This document shows, in pieces, positions 22,749-31,999 of a stretch of 33,334 bases of DNA (position 1 is its first letter; the number at the start of each line of letters is the position of its first letter). This DNA comes from a virus. Both the position numbers and the translations under genes were made by a program. A model generated the notes under the pieces. It worked only from the letters and a program-made list of their open reading frames with translations. It was not told the origin of the DNA and made no database searches. The stretch is taken from IMG/VR virus record IMGVR_UViG_3300032212_000106, positions 1 to 33,334 of that record. One strand, 5' to 3'.

Positions 22749-25471
22749 TAAAAGAGCCTACGCTAGAACAAAAAGCTGAACCAGTGCAACCTATTGAGCC
22801 TGTGCAGCCCGTCGAGCCTACGCAAGACGCAACCTCAATGGAGGGCGGAACTCAAGTAGCTGGCATTGGTTGGCTAAAACCTTTATTTCGTGAAGGCATG
22901 GAAGCGCTCGCAAAGAAAAAAGAAGTTGTTGAGCCGCTTTATAAATCTAAAAAGGAGTTAATAAAAGAAGTTACAGAAAAAGTAGAGATTAAAGAAGGTA
23001 CAGAAGCAGAAGCTAACCGAGTGCTGGATTTAGAATTTGGCGATTACAACCAGCTAGATGACCATCAAATCAATTTTGACAGAATCGACACGACTGATGA
23101 TATAAAAGCGGTTATTGGTTCAGTTGCAGAAGACAACAAAGGCGCAATTAATCAAGCTCGACGCGGTAAAATATCACACGACCAACTTCAAATCCTTGCT
23201 GATGAACTAGGAACAGATCAAGAAGTTATTGAGCAGGTAATGAAGCGTCAAGCGGGTGAGGCATTTGGCCCCGAGGTCATTCTTGCTGCGCGTCAAGTAT
23301 TAGGCTCAAGCGCAAAACGTATCCTTTCATTGGCTGAAAAAGTCAGAATGGGTGAAGCATCACAGCGAGAGATGCTGCAATTCCGCAGACAGTTAGACTT
23401 CCATAGAGAGTATCAAGGTCAATTAATGGGTGCGAGAGCAGAAGCTGGTCGTGCGTTGAATGCCTTTGGTATTCCGACAGGCGATAGCCCTCGTGAAATA
23501 GCGAGACTCTCTGAATTGGTTGAAACGACAGGCGGTGCAGGTGATTTAATGCGAACCGCTAAAGAATTAGAGCATATCGACTCTGTTGAAGGGTTAAATA
23601 AACTCACGCAAACATCACGGCTTGAAAAAGTGCAAAGCGTTTTAGTTGAAAACTTTATTAATTCAATCCTTTCAGGTGTAAAAACACACGTTATTAACAC
23701 ATCAGGCAATGCTTTGTTTCAAGGTATGCATATTGCAGAAACAGCCGTTGCAGCGCGTCTAGGTCGATTCATGGGAACAAAAGAAGGTGTTGCCGTTGGT
23801 GAAGCCTCAGCCCAGATGTACGGAATGATGCAATCTTGGCGGCAAGCATTAAAAGCGGCTCAAGTATCTTTCAAAACAGCCGAGCCATCTGACCAGGTTA
23901 TGAAGTTTGAGGGAACGGTTAATAAAGCAATCTCTGCCGATAATCTTGAATTATCAGGCGGGTTAGGTCGCGCAGTTGATTTGCTGGGTACGATTATCCG
24001 TGTACCTACTGAACGTATTATGTTGCCCGTCGATGAGATGTTTAAAGTGTTCGCTAGAAATGGTGATATTGCCCGTCAAGCATTTAGGGAAGGAGATCGT
24101 GTTGCTTCATTATCAGGCAACCCAGAAGACGCGGCAAAAGTCATTCAAGAATTTTTACGCAACCCACCTAAACAAGCTCTGGACGAAGCGCAAGCGGCGG
24201 CACTTTATAAGACATTTCAAAACCCATTAGGTGAGGCTGGTCAATCAGTACAAAAGGCAATCAATAAAGTGCCTGGTGCGCGTTTTGTTGCCCCGTTTAT
24301 CCGCACACCAATCAATATATTTAAAGCGGGATTATTAGAACGCAGCCCCGTTGCTGTGTTTACCCGCACTTTTCACCAAGACATAAAAGCAGGAGGTGCA
24401 GCCCGTGACCTTGCTCTGGCTCGCGTATCAATGGGATCACTTACTGCCGCTAGTGTTAGCATGTATGCCGCTAACGGCCAGATTACTGGTGGCGGCCCTT
24501 CCAATCCACAGGCAAGAGAAGCCCTAAAAGCAACAGGATGGAAGCCCTACTCGCTTGTTTATACGGTAAACGGCAAAACTGTTTATCAAAGCTACCAAAG
24601 GGCAGAGCCTTTAGCTTATGTTATTGGTGCGGTTGCTGATTTGGTCGAAATACAGAATTACGGTGATGATGATCTAGATTCTGATGACGAAAGGGTATCT
24701 GATATTTCAGCCGCGATTGTGGCGGCGATCGCAGAGAACACAACAAATAAGACATTTTTGAAAGGCGTTTCTGACTTCACCAAAATGATGGACGATCCAA
24801 AAAGATACGCGAAGTCATGGGGGCAAAACATGCTTGCAGCTCAAATTCCTTTTTCTGGTACGCGCCGAGACTTATCAAGAATACAAGACCCTTATGCCCG
24901 TACAGCGTGGGATTTAACGGAAAAAGTGAAAGCCAGTTCAGGTTTTGCGGGGTATGTTGAAGATGTGCCCGCTAATCTTGACGTTTACGGCGACCCTAAA
25001 TATCACCCTGCCGGTGGTTTAATGGGGATTATGTCCCCGTTTCCCGACTCTCAAAAGACTACCGATGAAGTAAAACTGGAAGTGGTAAGAGTAATGAGCG
25101 CATCAAGACAGGTCCCTATTTCTAAGCCTTCACGCAGAATTGACGGCGTTAAGCTCACAACAAAGGAGTATTACGATTTAACCCAACTTTCTCGCAAGAT
25201 TATACAAGACGGTGATGGCCTTACATTCCACGAAGCGTTAAACGAGACAATGAATAGTGAAATTTACGCAGATGCTACACCAGATATGCGATCCACTCTA
25301 CTAAAAGATGTTCAAAAGAATTTTGATAAGTGGGCTAAAATTGAACTTGAAGAACAAAACGATGATCTAAGACTTCGATTAGAAACACGCAGAGCCAAAA
25401 AAGAGGCGTTAATGTTTGGTGTTGAAGAATTAGAACCAGAACAACAGGAGTTAATTGATTTTGGCAGATAA
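22745..25471 (+). CDS. large internal virion / DNA-ejection protein (T7 gp16-position analogue)
   Basis: A 908-aa ORF at the gp16-equivalent position, with an EPVQP-type repeat at the N-terminus. No lytic transglycosylase motif was recognised. Confidence 0.55.
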   Translation: MIKEPTLEQKAEPVQPIEPVQPVEPTQDATSMEGGTQVAGIGWLKPLFREGMEALAKKKEVVEPLYKSKKELIKEVTEKVEIKEGTEAEANRVLDLEFGDYNQLDDHQINFDRIDTTDDIKAVIGSVAEDNKGAINQARRGKISHDQLQILADELGTDQEVIEQVMKRQAGEAFGPEVILAARQVLGSSAKRILSLAEKVRMGEASQREMLQFRRQLDFHREYQGQLMGARAEAGRALNAFGIPTGDSPREIARLSELVETTGGAGDLMRTAKELEHIDSVEGLNKLTQTSRLEKVQSVLVENFINSILSGVKTHVINTSGNALFQGMHIAETAVAARLGRFMGTKEGVAVGEASAQMYGMMQSWRQALKAAQVSFKTAEPSDQVMKFEGTVNKAISADNLELSGGLGRAVDLLGTIIRVPTERIMLPVDEMFKVFARNGDIARQAFREGDRVASLSGNPEDAAKVIQEFLRNPPKQALDEAQAAALYKTFQNPLGEAGQSVQKAINKVPGARFVAPFIRTPINIFKAGLLERSPVAVFTRTFHQDIKAGGAARDLALARVSMGSLTAASVSMYAANGQITGGGPSNPQAREALKATGWKPYSLVYTVNGKTVYQSYQRAEPLAYVIGAVADLVEIQNYGDDDLDSDDERVSDISAAIVAAIAENTTNKTFLKGVSDFTKMMDDPKRYAKSWGQNMLAAQIPFSGTRRDLSRIQDPYARTAWDLTEKVKASSGFAGYVEDVPANLDVYGDPKYHPAGGLMGIMSPFPDSQKTTDEVKLEVVRVMSASRQVPISKPSRRIDGVKLTTKEYYDLTQLSRKIIQDGDGLTFHEALNETMNSEIYADATPDMRSTLLKDVQKNFDKWAKIELEEQNDDLRLRLETRRAKKEALMFGVEELEPEQQELIDFGR

Positions 25472-26768
25472 TATCGCAGTAGAGCCAAGCGGCCACAGCG
25501 ACAGAGTAGACGTTGCCACTGATGAAATAGGCGGTATTCATTATCCTGTCTATAAACATGCTTACGGTGTTGATGGCGAAGTAACTCTTGTTAGTGAAAC
25601 AGACCCTTTACCAATAAGAACAGGTAGCGGGGACCTCACTGTTGACGCATGGGGCGTTCAAAAAGTGTCTACACCTGTTTCCTTGTTCTCCGGCAAATTC
25701 ACTTTTGACATAGACCCTGCCGCATGGTTTATGTTCGAGAATGGGGCGCAAGTTTATACTTCGACCAATATCACATCAACAGACAGCGCCGGAAAGCTAG
25801 TTACAGATGCTACCAATACTATTATTTTACTAGAATCAAGAGAGTGTCCAAGATACCAGCCGAATAGAGGCCATTTATTTTCTACGGCTTTGTGGTGTCC
25901 AAATAAAACTAGCGATGGCGTAAGGGGTTGGGGTGTTGGTGTTCATGGTGAAAACGAGGTTCAATTCTCGCTAAAATCAGACGGATTACTATATGCTCAA
26001 CTAGAAAGTGGTGGTGTATCTAAGGTTGATGATGTTATTGATGTGTCCAGTGTTGCTGATTTTGATGTTGAGAAAGGCAATATCTATGATATACAGTTTC
26101 AATGGCGCGGTGTTGGTAATTATAAGTTTTTTATTAACAACATTCTTGTTTACACTATAGAGAATCTAGGCACATTAACTGCCTTGAGCATGGAAAATCC
26201 AGCTTTACCAGCACATTTTAGATGTGAGAGAATAACAGAAGATGTTGAGATGCACATCGGTTGTGCTGATATAACATCGGAAAACGGATCAAAAAACGAC
26301 AGAGAAGCTTATGTTTCTGCTTACTCAGAAGCTGTGAGCGTTTCCACTAACACACCAGTAATAGTTGTCCATAACCCTTTACAAATAAATTCACAAACAA
26401 ACACTAGGACATCTACTCTTGCCAGAATATCTGTCAACTGTTCAAAAAAAGGTGTATTTAAGGTTTGGACATCAAGAAACGCCGGAGATATAACAGGGGA
26501 AACCCTAAAAGTAATTGGTGGTGGATCTTATGGTCAGTGTGACTCTACGGATATGGATGCAACAGCGGTTAGAGCGACAGCGGCTACTATTGCTAATATG
26601 CAGTTTGTTACTTCAATCCCTGTTGAGGCAACAAAACGCATATCAGTAGACAACCCTTACAGAGATAGAATTGAGTTTCCTATTGTTAGAGGTGATTATA
26701 TTGTTGTGACTTGTACTGCGGCATCCGCTAGTGCAGATTGCGTAGTTGAGTGGGGAGAACAAAGATGA
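25455..26768 (+). CDS. virion structural protein, probably tail-associated
   Basis: A 437-aa ORF with a TTG start 4 nt after AGGAG, located between the internal proteins and the tailspike. Confidence 0.5.
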   Translation: MILADNIAVEPSGHSDRVDVATDEIGGIHYPVYKHAYGVDGEVTLVSETDPLPIRTGSGDLTVDAWGVQKVSTPVSLFSGKFTFDIDPAAWFMFENGAQVYTSTNITSTDSAGKLVTDATNTIILLESRECPRYQPNRGHLFSTALWCPNKTSDGVRGWGVGVHGENEVQFSLKSDGLLYAQLESGGVSKVDDVIDVSSVADFDVEKGNIYDIQFQWRGVGNYKFFINNILVYTIENLGTLTALSMENPALPAHFRCERITEDVEMHIGCADITSENGSKNDREAYVSAYSEAVSVSTNTPVIVVHNPLQINSQTNTRTSTLARISVNCSKKGVFKVWTSRNAGDITGETLKVIGGGSYGQCDSTDMDATAVRATAATIANMQFVTSIPVEATKRISVDNPYRDRIEFPIVRGDYIVVTCTAASASADCVVEWGEQR

Positions 26769-26965
26769 CGCTAACCAAGCTAATAAACCATCATAACAAC
26801 ACAACTGTCTATATTAATCTTGAGGCTATTGCTAGTGTTTATATACATCTTGGCAGCGACTATCATATTGAAATGATAGACGGCTCCAGTTTTCATATAA
26901 ACCTAAATGACCCAACAATAACCGCGCTTATTGCATCAGCCAATGCCGCCTATACGCCGCCATGA
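26765..26965 (+). CDS. hypothetical protein (66 aa)
   Basis: ATG 26765 sits in an ATGA overlap, with GGGGAG upstream. Confidence 0.5.
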   Translation: MTLTKLINHHNNTTVYINLEAIASVYIHLGSDYHIEMIDGSSFHINLNDPTITALIASANAAYTPP

Positions 26966-26972
26966 TTAGTAC

Positions 26973-26997
26973 GACCCCGATGGGGCCAGGGTTTTTT
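26973..26997 (+). terminator. weak terminator-like hairpin plus T6
   Basis: CCCC-gat-GGGG (26975-26985), followed a few nt later by TTTTTT (26992-26997). The stem is short. Confidence 0.35.
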
Positions 26998-27136
26998 ATA
27001 TTCTTTCAAACAACGAAAGACTATAACAGTTTTATAGATAGACCGGACAACGGAAGAAAGAAGCGCGAAGAAGATGAAATTTTAACATTATTAACCTCGA
27101 TGTATGAGTCGGGACAATTTAATTAAGGAAAACGTT

Positions 27137-29452
27137 ATGGCTTTACTTGTAAACGACAATACGCCGAGAGTTCAATATGTAGCAACAGCGTCACAAACGG
27201 TTTTTGCTTACCCTTTTGCTATTTTTGTTAATGCTGACTTAAAGGTTTATCAAACACTCGCTGGGGCAGACGCTAACGACACGACTGACATTCTAACGCT
27301 TACGACTGATTACACCGTTTCTGGCGCATCAACAACAGATGGCGGGAATGTAACGCTTGTTACTGGTGCGAGTGCTGGCGATATAATCACTATTGAACGC
27401 GACTTAGCGATGGAAAGAACTACCGATTATCAAAATCTTGGCGATTTAGAATCATCGTCATTAAATACAGATTTAGATCGCCTTGTTATGATGACACAAC
27501 AAAATGAATCAGATATTTTGCGAACATTTAATGTTCACAAATCAAACTCAAGTATAACAGACTTCAGTCTTGCACCTGATGGCGGGAAAGTGCTTGCGTG
27601 GAAAACTGACGAATCAGGGCTTGAAGCCTTGCTACCTGCTGTTGGCAGTATTGGTGATGGTGTAACAACATCGTCAAAATTAGTGGCGGCAGCTTTAACC
27701 CTTACATCAGAAGACGCAGGTAAGAAAGTATTTGTTACATCAGCCGATGGTGGCGAGTTCACAGTTAGATACAACGCTACACCGGCGACTTATGCAGATA
27801 ATGGCGGAGCCTATTGTGGTACAGAGTTTATCCCTACAGGTGGGGATGGGACTATAGGGTTTGTTAGAGACTCATTCGAGGAGGTCTTGCCGGAGTGGTT
27901 TGGTGCAACAGGGTTAGGGACTGGTGATGACTCTAGCGCGACTCAATTAGCTATAGATTCAGGTTTTGATGTTGCTATATTGAACGATTATGAGCTAAAC
28001 GGAACAGCTTTAACGTCGGGCGCGGTCGGCCAAAGAATTGTAGGTCGTGGCGGTTCTATTTTGGGTGCTTCGATTACACTAACACACGAAGAATCTGAGG
28101 TTATCGGTGTTACCTTTGATACTATTCTTGATAGAGCAGTAAGAATCCAAGCAAGCTATGCCAAGGTAAATTATAACAAGTTTAAATCTATTGGGTCTGG
28201 ATTTATTTCTGGCACTTCAAGCACAGCGGATTATGCTGTTGTTCACATAGATGGGGCGGCAGCATCAAGAGGTGGTGTTGAAATTAAAGGAAACCTATTT
28301 AAAGGAATAAAAGGTGATTCGTGTATAAGAATAGACGGAAACCCAAATCAGTTTGACATTGCGCTTAATAGCTTCATCAGCACTCGCTTTTACGCCGTTA
28401 AAATAGGTACAAGCTCACCTGGACAAATAGGCGCTATAGATAATAATCGTTACTACCAGATAGGATTTAACTATGATGCTGGTGATACGGGTATTGCAGG
28501 AACAGCAATATATGCCCCAGATGAGCAGCCGCTTGTCTCAGCGGTAAATAATAGAATACTTACAACGTCAGAAAACGGTATTGAGGGTGGCTTCGGCTTG
28601 ATTGATAATAATCTTATAAGCGGAGCAGGAACAGATCCAAGCTCCGGCACATACTCTACCGCGTCCCGTTTCTCAATATCTACAGTCTACGGCGGCGATA
28701 TATCGAATAACCGATGCTCAAACGCAGGTAGTAGGGAGATTAGCGTTTTAACTACGTCTGACAATGTACAGGGGCAGAATGTAACAGACAATATATTAAA
28801 GCCTTTAACAGCAAACAAGGGGCTTTATGTCTCTATATCCTCAACGGGAGAGGCTAACGAATGTAATTATTCAGGAAATAGAACAATTGGCGGTGATGGC
28901 GACTTCTTATTATGCACATCAGGCGATAAGAATATATGGAAAAATAACTCTGGATACTTAACAGCGTCTGGTACTGTTAAAGGCTGGGACTGGATGGAAA
29001 ATAAATCATTAAGAAAAACAGCTAATAAAAGTGTCACGGATGCGACGGCAACCGATTTATTCAGAATAAGCACAACAGACGAAACGACAAACGACGGCGG
29101 CACATGGTCTGCCATATTGACGTGCCATATTGCCAACAACTCATCCCCGTCAGCCTCTAGTGGTGCAGTAAAGATAGCGCGATTTGCTTTTTGCCGAGCT
29201 ATGGACTCTGCGGGTACAGGTGGGTTATCCGCTGTAACGGAAGTTTTTGAAACTGGATCGGCAGCAAGCAGCGCCCCCGCTAGAGACATAGGAACCGTGA
29301 CCGTAACCACAACAGAAAACAGTGAGTTCACGACAGATGTTGAAATAAATGTTGATGGCACTGGAGGCAGCGCGGCGATACTAACTGTAATAGCTGACTT
29401 ACAAGTCTTTTTCTTCGACTTTACATCAGAAGGCTCAATTACTGAATTATGA
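27137..29452 (+). CDS. tailspike / tail fibre with a T7 gp17-like N-terminal adaptor and a beta-helix (depolymerase-like) body
   Basis: The N-terminus VQYVATASQTVFAYPFAIFVNADLKVY...TDYTV...GNVTLV...GDIITIERDLAMERTTDY...LNTDLDRLVMMTQQ fits the gp17 N-domain pattern. The central region has repeated N/G/I-rich turns (NNRILTTSENGIEGG, IDNNLISGAG, ISNNRCSNAG). ATG 27137 follows AAGGAAAAC. Confidence 0.8.
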   Translation: MALLVNDNTPRVQYVATASQTVFAYPFAIFVNADLKVYQTLAGADANDTTDILTLTTDYTVSGASTTDGGNVTLVTGASAGDIITIERDLAMERTTDYQNLGDLESSSLNTDLDRLVMMTQQNESDILRTFNVHKSNSSITDFSLAPDGGKVLAWKTDESGLEALLPAVGSIGDGVTTSSKLVAAALTLTSEDAGKKVFVTSADGGEFTVRYNATPATYADNGGAYCGTEFIPTGGDGTIGFVRDSFEEVLPEWFGATGLGTGDDSSATQLAIDSGFDVAILNDYELNGTALTSGAVGQRIVGRGGSILGASITLTHEESEVIGVTFDTILDRAVRIQASYAKVNYNKFKSIGSGFISGTSSTADYAVVHIDGAAASRGGVEIKGNLFKGIKGDSCIRIDGNPNQFDIALNSFISTRFYAVKIGTSSPGQIGAIDNNRYYQIGFNYDAGDTGIAGTAIYAPDEQPLVSAVNNRILTTSENGIEGGFGLIDNNLISGAGTDPSSGTYSTASRFSISTVYGGDISNNRCSNAGSREISVLTTSDNVQGQNVTDNILKPLTANKGLYVSISSTGEANECNYSGNRTIGGDGDFLLCTSGDKNIWKNNSGYLTASGTVKGWDWMENKSLRKTANKSVTDATATDLFRISTTDETTNDGGTWSAILTCHIANNSSPSASSGAVKIARFAFCRAMDSAGTGGLSAVTEVFETGSAASSAPARDIGTVTVTTTENSEFTTDVEINVDGTGGSAAILTVIADLQVFFFDFTSEGSITEL

Positions 29453-30006
29453 TTCTCCCTCCTAACTGCTATTCAAAAAAAAGAATTGACGTTAACGGTG
29501 CGGTAATTCATTTTATTAGTGCGCGTTATACAATGCCAGAAGCTCCTTTTAATCTCGACGAGATTATCAAAATCTTAACTCAGTATAAATATTCATACAA
29601 AGGGCTTATTACCCGCGAAGGCGAATATATTGAATTAGTTCCTGAAAACTTTAAACAGTATCACGCTGGCTACTCAATAATGAACGGGCGCAATGATTGT
29701 AATAATTTTACCAATGGATATGCCTGTTTTGGCGGTTCACTATGGCCTTATCCGGACGATCAAATTATGGGGTTAAGCCAAGTTTTAGCGCAAGACATGA
29801 CTAAAAACAAATATACGCTTGATTATGTTCAAGGTCATGATGAAGTTAGACAAAATTGGCGCGATCAAAACCCTGCTAAGATTGCGGAACTAAAAGCAAA
29901 AAGAGAAGGGTATAAGGTGGCGAAGAAAAAAGACCCTGGAGCACACTTTCCTCGGGAAGCATTAAAAGACATGCTTTATAGTGTATCTGAGGCCAATCGT
30001 GTCTAG
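29449..30006 (+). CDS. N-acetylmuramoyl-L-alanine amidase endolysin (Amidase_2 / T7 lysozyme-like)
   Basis: AVIHFISA ... YHAGYS ... NNFTNGYACFGG ... QGHDEV ... KKDPGAHFP matches the Zn-amidase layout. Confidence 0.8.
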   Translation: MILPPNCYSKKRIDVNGAVIHFISARYTMPEAPFNLDEIIKILTQYKYSYKGLITREGEYIELVPENFKQYHAGYSIMNGRNDCNNFTNGYACFGGSLWPYPDDQIMGLSQVLAQDMTKNKYTLDYVQGHDEVRQNWRDQNPAKIAELKAKREGYKVAKKKDPGAHFPREALKDMLYSVSEANRV

Positions 30007-30388
30007 CTGGCATACAAGCGAAAAAATAATAACTGCTTTGATTATTGCTACGATTCTTAATTTCGGATCCAATTTATGGAGCGCTCTTTTTGTTATAAAG
30101 AATCTTGACACAACTCCCCCGCTAAATGAGCGCGTGACAAAAAACGAACGTGATATTTTAGGTGCTATCAATGACAGGCTTGAAATTAAAAAAACATTTG
30201 TCGAAGCTAAGGACGAAAACAAAGAACAATTCAAAGCTATATTATTCGAGATAAAAGAGTTAAGAAAAGAATACTTAGAAGACAGATTGAAAGCGGCAAG
30301 AACCGAGCCAACCATTGAAAGATTTAAGGAGCACTTAGATAAGCCAGAAGTACACGAATATAAAAGGTATATAAGGAAACCGAAATGA
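29999..30388 (+). CDS. putative i-spanin (N-terminal TM helix plus coiled coil)
   Basis: IITALIIATILNFGSNLWSALFVI is a TM helix and is followed by a charged coiled-coil region. GTG 29999 lies 7 nt after GAGG. GTG 29981 is an alternative start. Confidence 0.55.
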   Translation: MSSWHTSEKIITALIIATILNFGSNLWSALFVIKNLDTTPPLNERVTKNERDILGAINDRLEIKKTFVEAKDENKEQFKAILFEIKELRKEYLEDRLKAARTEPTIERFKEHLDKPEVHEYKRYIRKPK

Positions 30389-30714
30389 AGAAAATAATCA
30401 TTTTGTCGATCCTTATACTGTCAGGCTGCATGGCGAATAAGCCGATTAAATATGCAAAGCCTCCAGTACAAACTAATAAAAAAGCCGTACTTGATATCCG
30501 CATAGAAGACGATTTTAGTCGCTTTGGTAAAAATGTTACGGGTGCGTGGCTATGCAAAAAAAACGGCGTATGTATATTGCACTTGCCTAGAATAACATCA
30601 CAGTTTGATTCTTATGGTTGGTGCATGTGGGGAATGATGTTAGGTCGTTCGGTATTTGGCGGCATGGGTAAGCCTACAGGCGTAGAATGCGCTGATTATT
30701 ACAGAGGGAAATAA
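30385..30714 (+). CDS. lipoprotein, possible o-spanin
   Basis: MKKIIILSILILSGC is a signal peptide with a lipobox. There is an ATGA overlap with the i-spanin candidate. At 109 aa with several Cys it is longer than typical o-spanins. Confidence 0.5.
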   Translation: MKKIIILSILILSGCMANKPIKYAKPPVQTNKKAVLDIRIEDDFSRFGKNVTGAWLCKKNGVCILHLPRITSQFDSYGWCMWGMMLGRSVFGGMGKPTGVECADYYRGK

Positions 30715-30715
30715 T

Positions 30716-31135
30716 ATGATGGGAATAATAAGTGCAATATTGGGAAGTGGTGATGTGGTTTCTAAAGGTATGGATTTAATTGATTCTATGCACACATCAG
30801 AAACAGAGGCGATTGAAGCGAAAACAAAAGCAAAAACAGATTTAATGAAGGCTTACGCACCTTTTAAGGTTGCCCAAAGGTATCTAGCTTTAATGTTTGC
30901 GCTAACTTTTCTTTTGTCCTTTATGCTGGTGCTTGGTATGACGTTGGCCGGAATTGGTGATATTATGGCTGTTCGCGGTGTACTGGATGAGTTCTATATT
31001 GGCGAAATTATGCTTGCTATTATCATGTTTTACTTTGGCGGCGGTATGGCGGAAGGCGTACTTAATGCAAAAAAGCCGAAAAAGACCAAATCTAAGGCTA
31101 AAAACGAGACTTTTGACGCTTTTGAAGACGATTAG
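30716..31135 (+). CDS. putative holin (GTA-type 3TM holin-like)
   Basis: It has hydrophobic helices YLALMFALTFLLSFMLVLGMTLAG and IGEIMLAIIMFYFGGG and a highly charged C-terminus, and it lies in the lysis cassette. Confidence 0.55.
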   Translation: MMGIISAILGSGDVVSKGMDLIDSMHTSETEAIEAKTKAKTDLMKAYAPFKVAQRYLALMFALTFLLSFMLVLGMTLAGIGDIMAVRGVLDEFYIGEIMLAIIMFYFGGGMAEGVLNAKKPKKTKSKAKNETFDAFEDD

Positions 31136-31136
31136 C

Positions 31137-31188
31137 TTGACACATATTAGAATTGTTCTATATTACTATATAAGTATATTAGTATATA
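31137..31188 (+). promoter_or_regulatory. predicted promoter TTGACA-16-TATATT overlapping two 14-bp boxes TATATTA(C/G)TATATA
   Basis: TTGACA at 31137-31142 and TATATT at 31159-31164. Direct repeats at 31159-31172 and 31175-31188 differ by 1 nt. Confidence 0.5.
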
Positions 31189-31199
31189 GGAGAACTAAT

Positions 31200-31349
31200 A
31201 TGTTTATTACCATTAACAATATGAAACAATTAAACGAATTCCTACAGGCCGCAGGTATCACACGCCCTGAGAAAATCAAATCCGTATTGTCAGACAAGAA
31301 TATATTAGTTTCTCCTAATGTAGCAAAGCTAATATTAAAGGCCGCTTAA
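31200..31349 (+). CDS. small hypothetical protein (49 aa)
   Basis: MFITINNMKQLNEFLQAAGITRPEKIKSVLSDKNILVSPNVAKLILKAA. ATG lies 6 nt after AGGAG. These are the last 49 codons of track ORF 30954..31349. Confidence 0.45.
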   Translation: MFITINNMKQLNEFLQAAGITRPEKIKSVLSDKNILVSPNVAKLILKAA

Positions 31350-31603
31350 TTATATGCTGCAAGACGTTCTTTTGACATAACTTGCTTAACGCATTTAGCG
31401 TTAGCGGGAATGTCACGTCTACCGTTACGCCGCCATTTTGCGGTTGACCATGTTATCACGTCTTCATATCGCTCTGTGTACAGCGCCCACGGCGTACTAT
31501 GACCGCTATCACAAACAATGCGCTCAAGATGATTGGTTGTAAACGGATTAGACGCGCAACCAGATAGAACCAACAAAACCGAGATTAATATTAAATTTTT
31601 CAT
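31346..31603 (-). CDS. lipoprotein (85 aa), moron-like
   Basis: MKNLILISVLLVLSGCAS is a signal peptide with a lipobox. It is encoded on the opposite strand and converges on the rightward block. Confidence 0.65.
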   Translation of the reverse strand: MKNLILISVLLVLSGCASNPFTTNHLERIVCDSGHSTPWALYTERYEDVITWSTAKWRRNGRRDIPANAKCVKQVMSKERLAAYN

Positions 31604-31604
31604 A

Positions 31605-31697
31605 TCACGCCACCAAGCTATATAATAGTTGAAAAAAGAACGCCACCAAGACAAATAGCATTAACAAACAATAACCAAGATATTTTAACTTTTTCAT
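31605..31697 (-). CDS. small hydrophobic membrane peptide (30 aa)
   Basis: MKKLKYLGYCLLMLFVLVAFFFQLLYSLVA. An AGAGGG SD lies 5 nt upstream. Its stop is 1 nt before the lipoprotein ATG. Confidence 0.4.
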   Translation of the reverse strand: MKKLKYLGYCLLMLFVLVAFFFQLLYSLVA

Positions 31698-31732
31698 ATT
31701 ACCCTCTTTTTATTTATTTAAGTAACATATAT

Positions 31733-31761
31733 ACTGTAAAGTAATAATATTGATTTGTAAA
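31733..31761 (-). promoter_or_regulatory. predicted leftward promoter TTTACA-17-TACAGT built from two GTAAAG boxes
   Basis: The -35 is the complement of 31756-31761 and the -10 is the complement of 31733-31738. Boxes are GTAAAGTA at 31736-31743 and GTAAAGC at 31757-31763. Confidence 0.4.
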
Positions 31762-31780
31762 GCTAAATTATAATTTTATT

Positions 31781-31999
31781 TCACCCTCTCATTAACGAAT
31801 CAAACCGATTAAAAATATGAGCTTCGTCTACTGGCGCGGCTTTTCTTTTAGTTCTACGGCTTTCACTGCGGCAATCGTTACATATTCTTGAGCGATACCC
31901 TTTGCCAGTTGTTTTATTGACCCTGATAACCCTAAAGTCATCATCCGGCTTAGTTTCCCCGCAGCCTTTGACTGACAATGTGCTTTTACACAATCTCAT
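31781..31999 (-). CDS. zinc-ribbon protein (72 aa)
   Basis: MRLCKSTLSVKGCGETKPDDDF....GKGYRSRICNDCRS is a C..(x)..C ... C..C ribbon common in phage proteins. ATG 31999 overlaps the recT stop. Confidence 0.55.
   Translation of the reverse strand: MRLCKSTLSVKGCGETKPDDDFRVIRVNKTTGKGYRSRICNDCRSESRRTKRKAAPVDEAHIFNRFDSLMRG

Noticed and set aside
28867-29361. A 164-aa minus-strand ORF inside the tailspike gene. Similar antisense or alternative-frame ORFs occur at 179..367, 719..949, 2290..2526, 3235..3474, 9583..9948, 13997..14410, 14095..14460, 22015..22344, 23419..23709, 12251..12496 and elsewhere.
   Set aside because: These are shadow ORFs fully embedded in longer, motif-supported genes. They have low-complexity or hydrophobic nonsense composition and no SD or coupling.
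30954-31349. A 131-aa ORF overlapping the holin 3' half.
   Set aside because: Only the last 49 codons, from ATG 31200, have a promoter and an AGGAG SD. The upstream part is an out-of-frame overlap of the holin gene.
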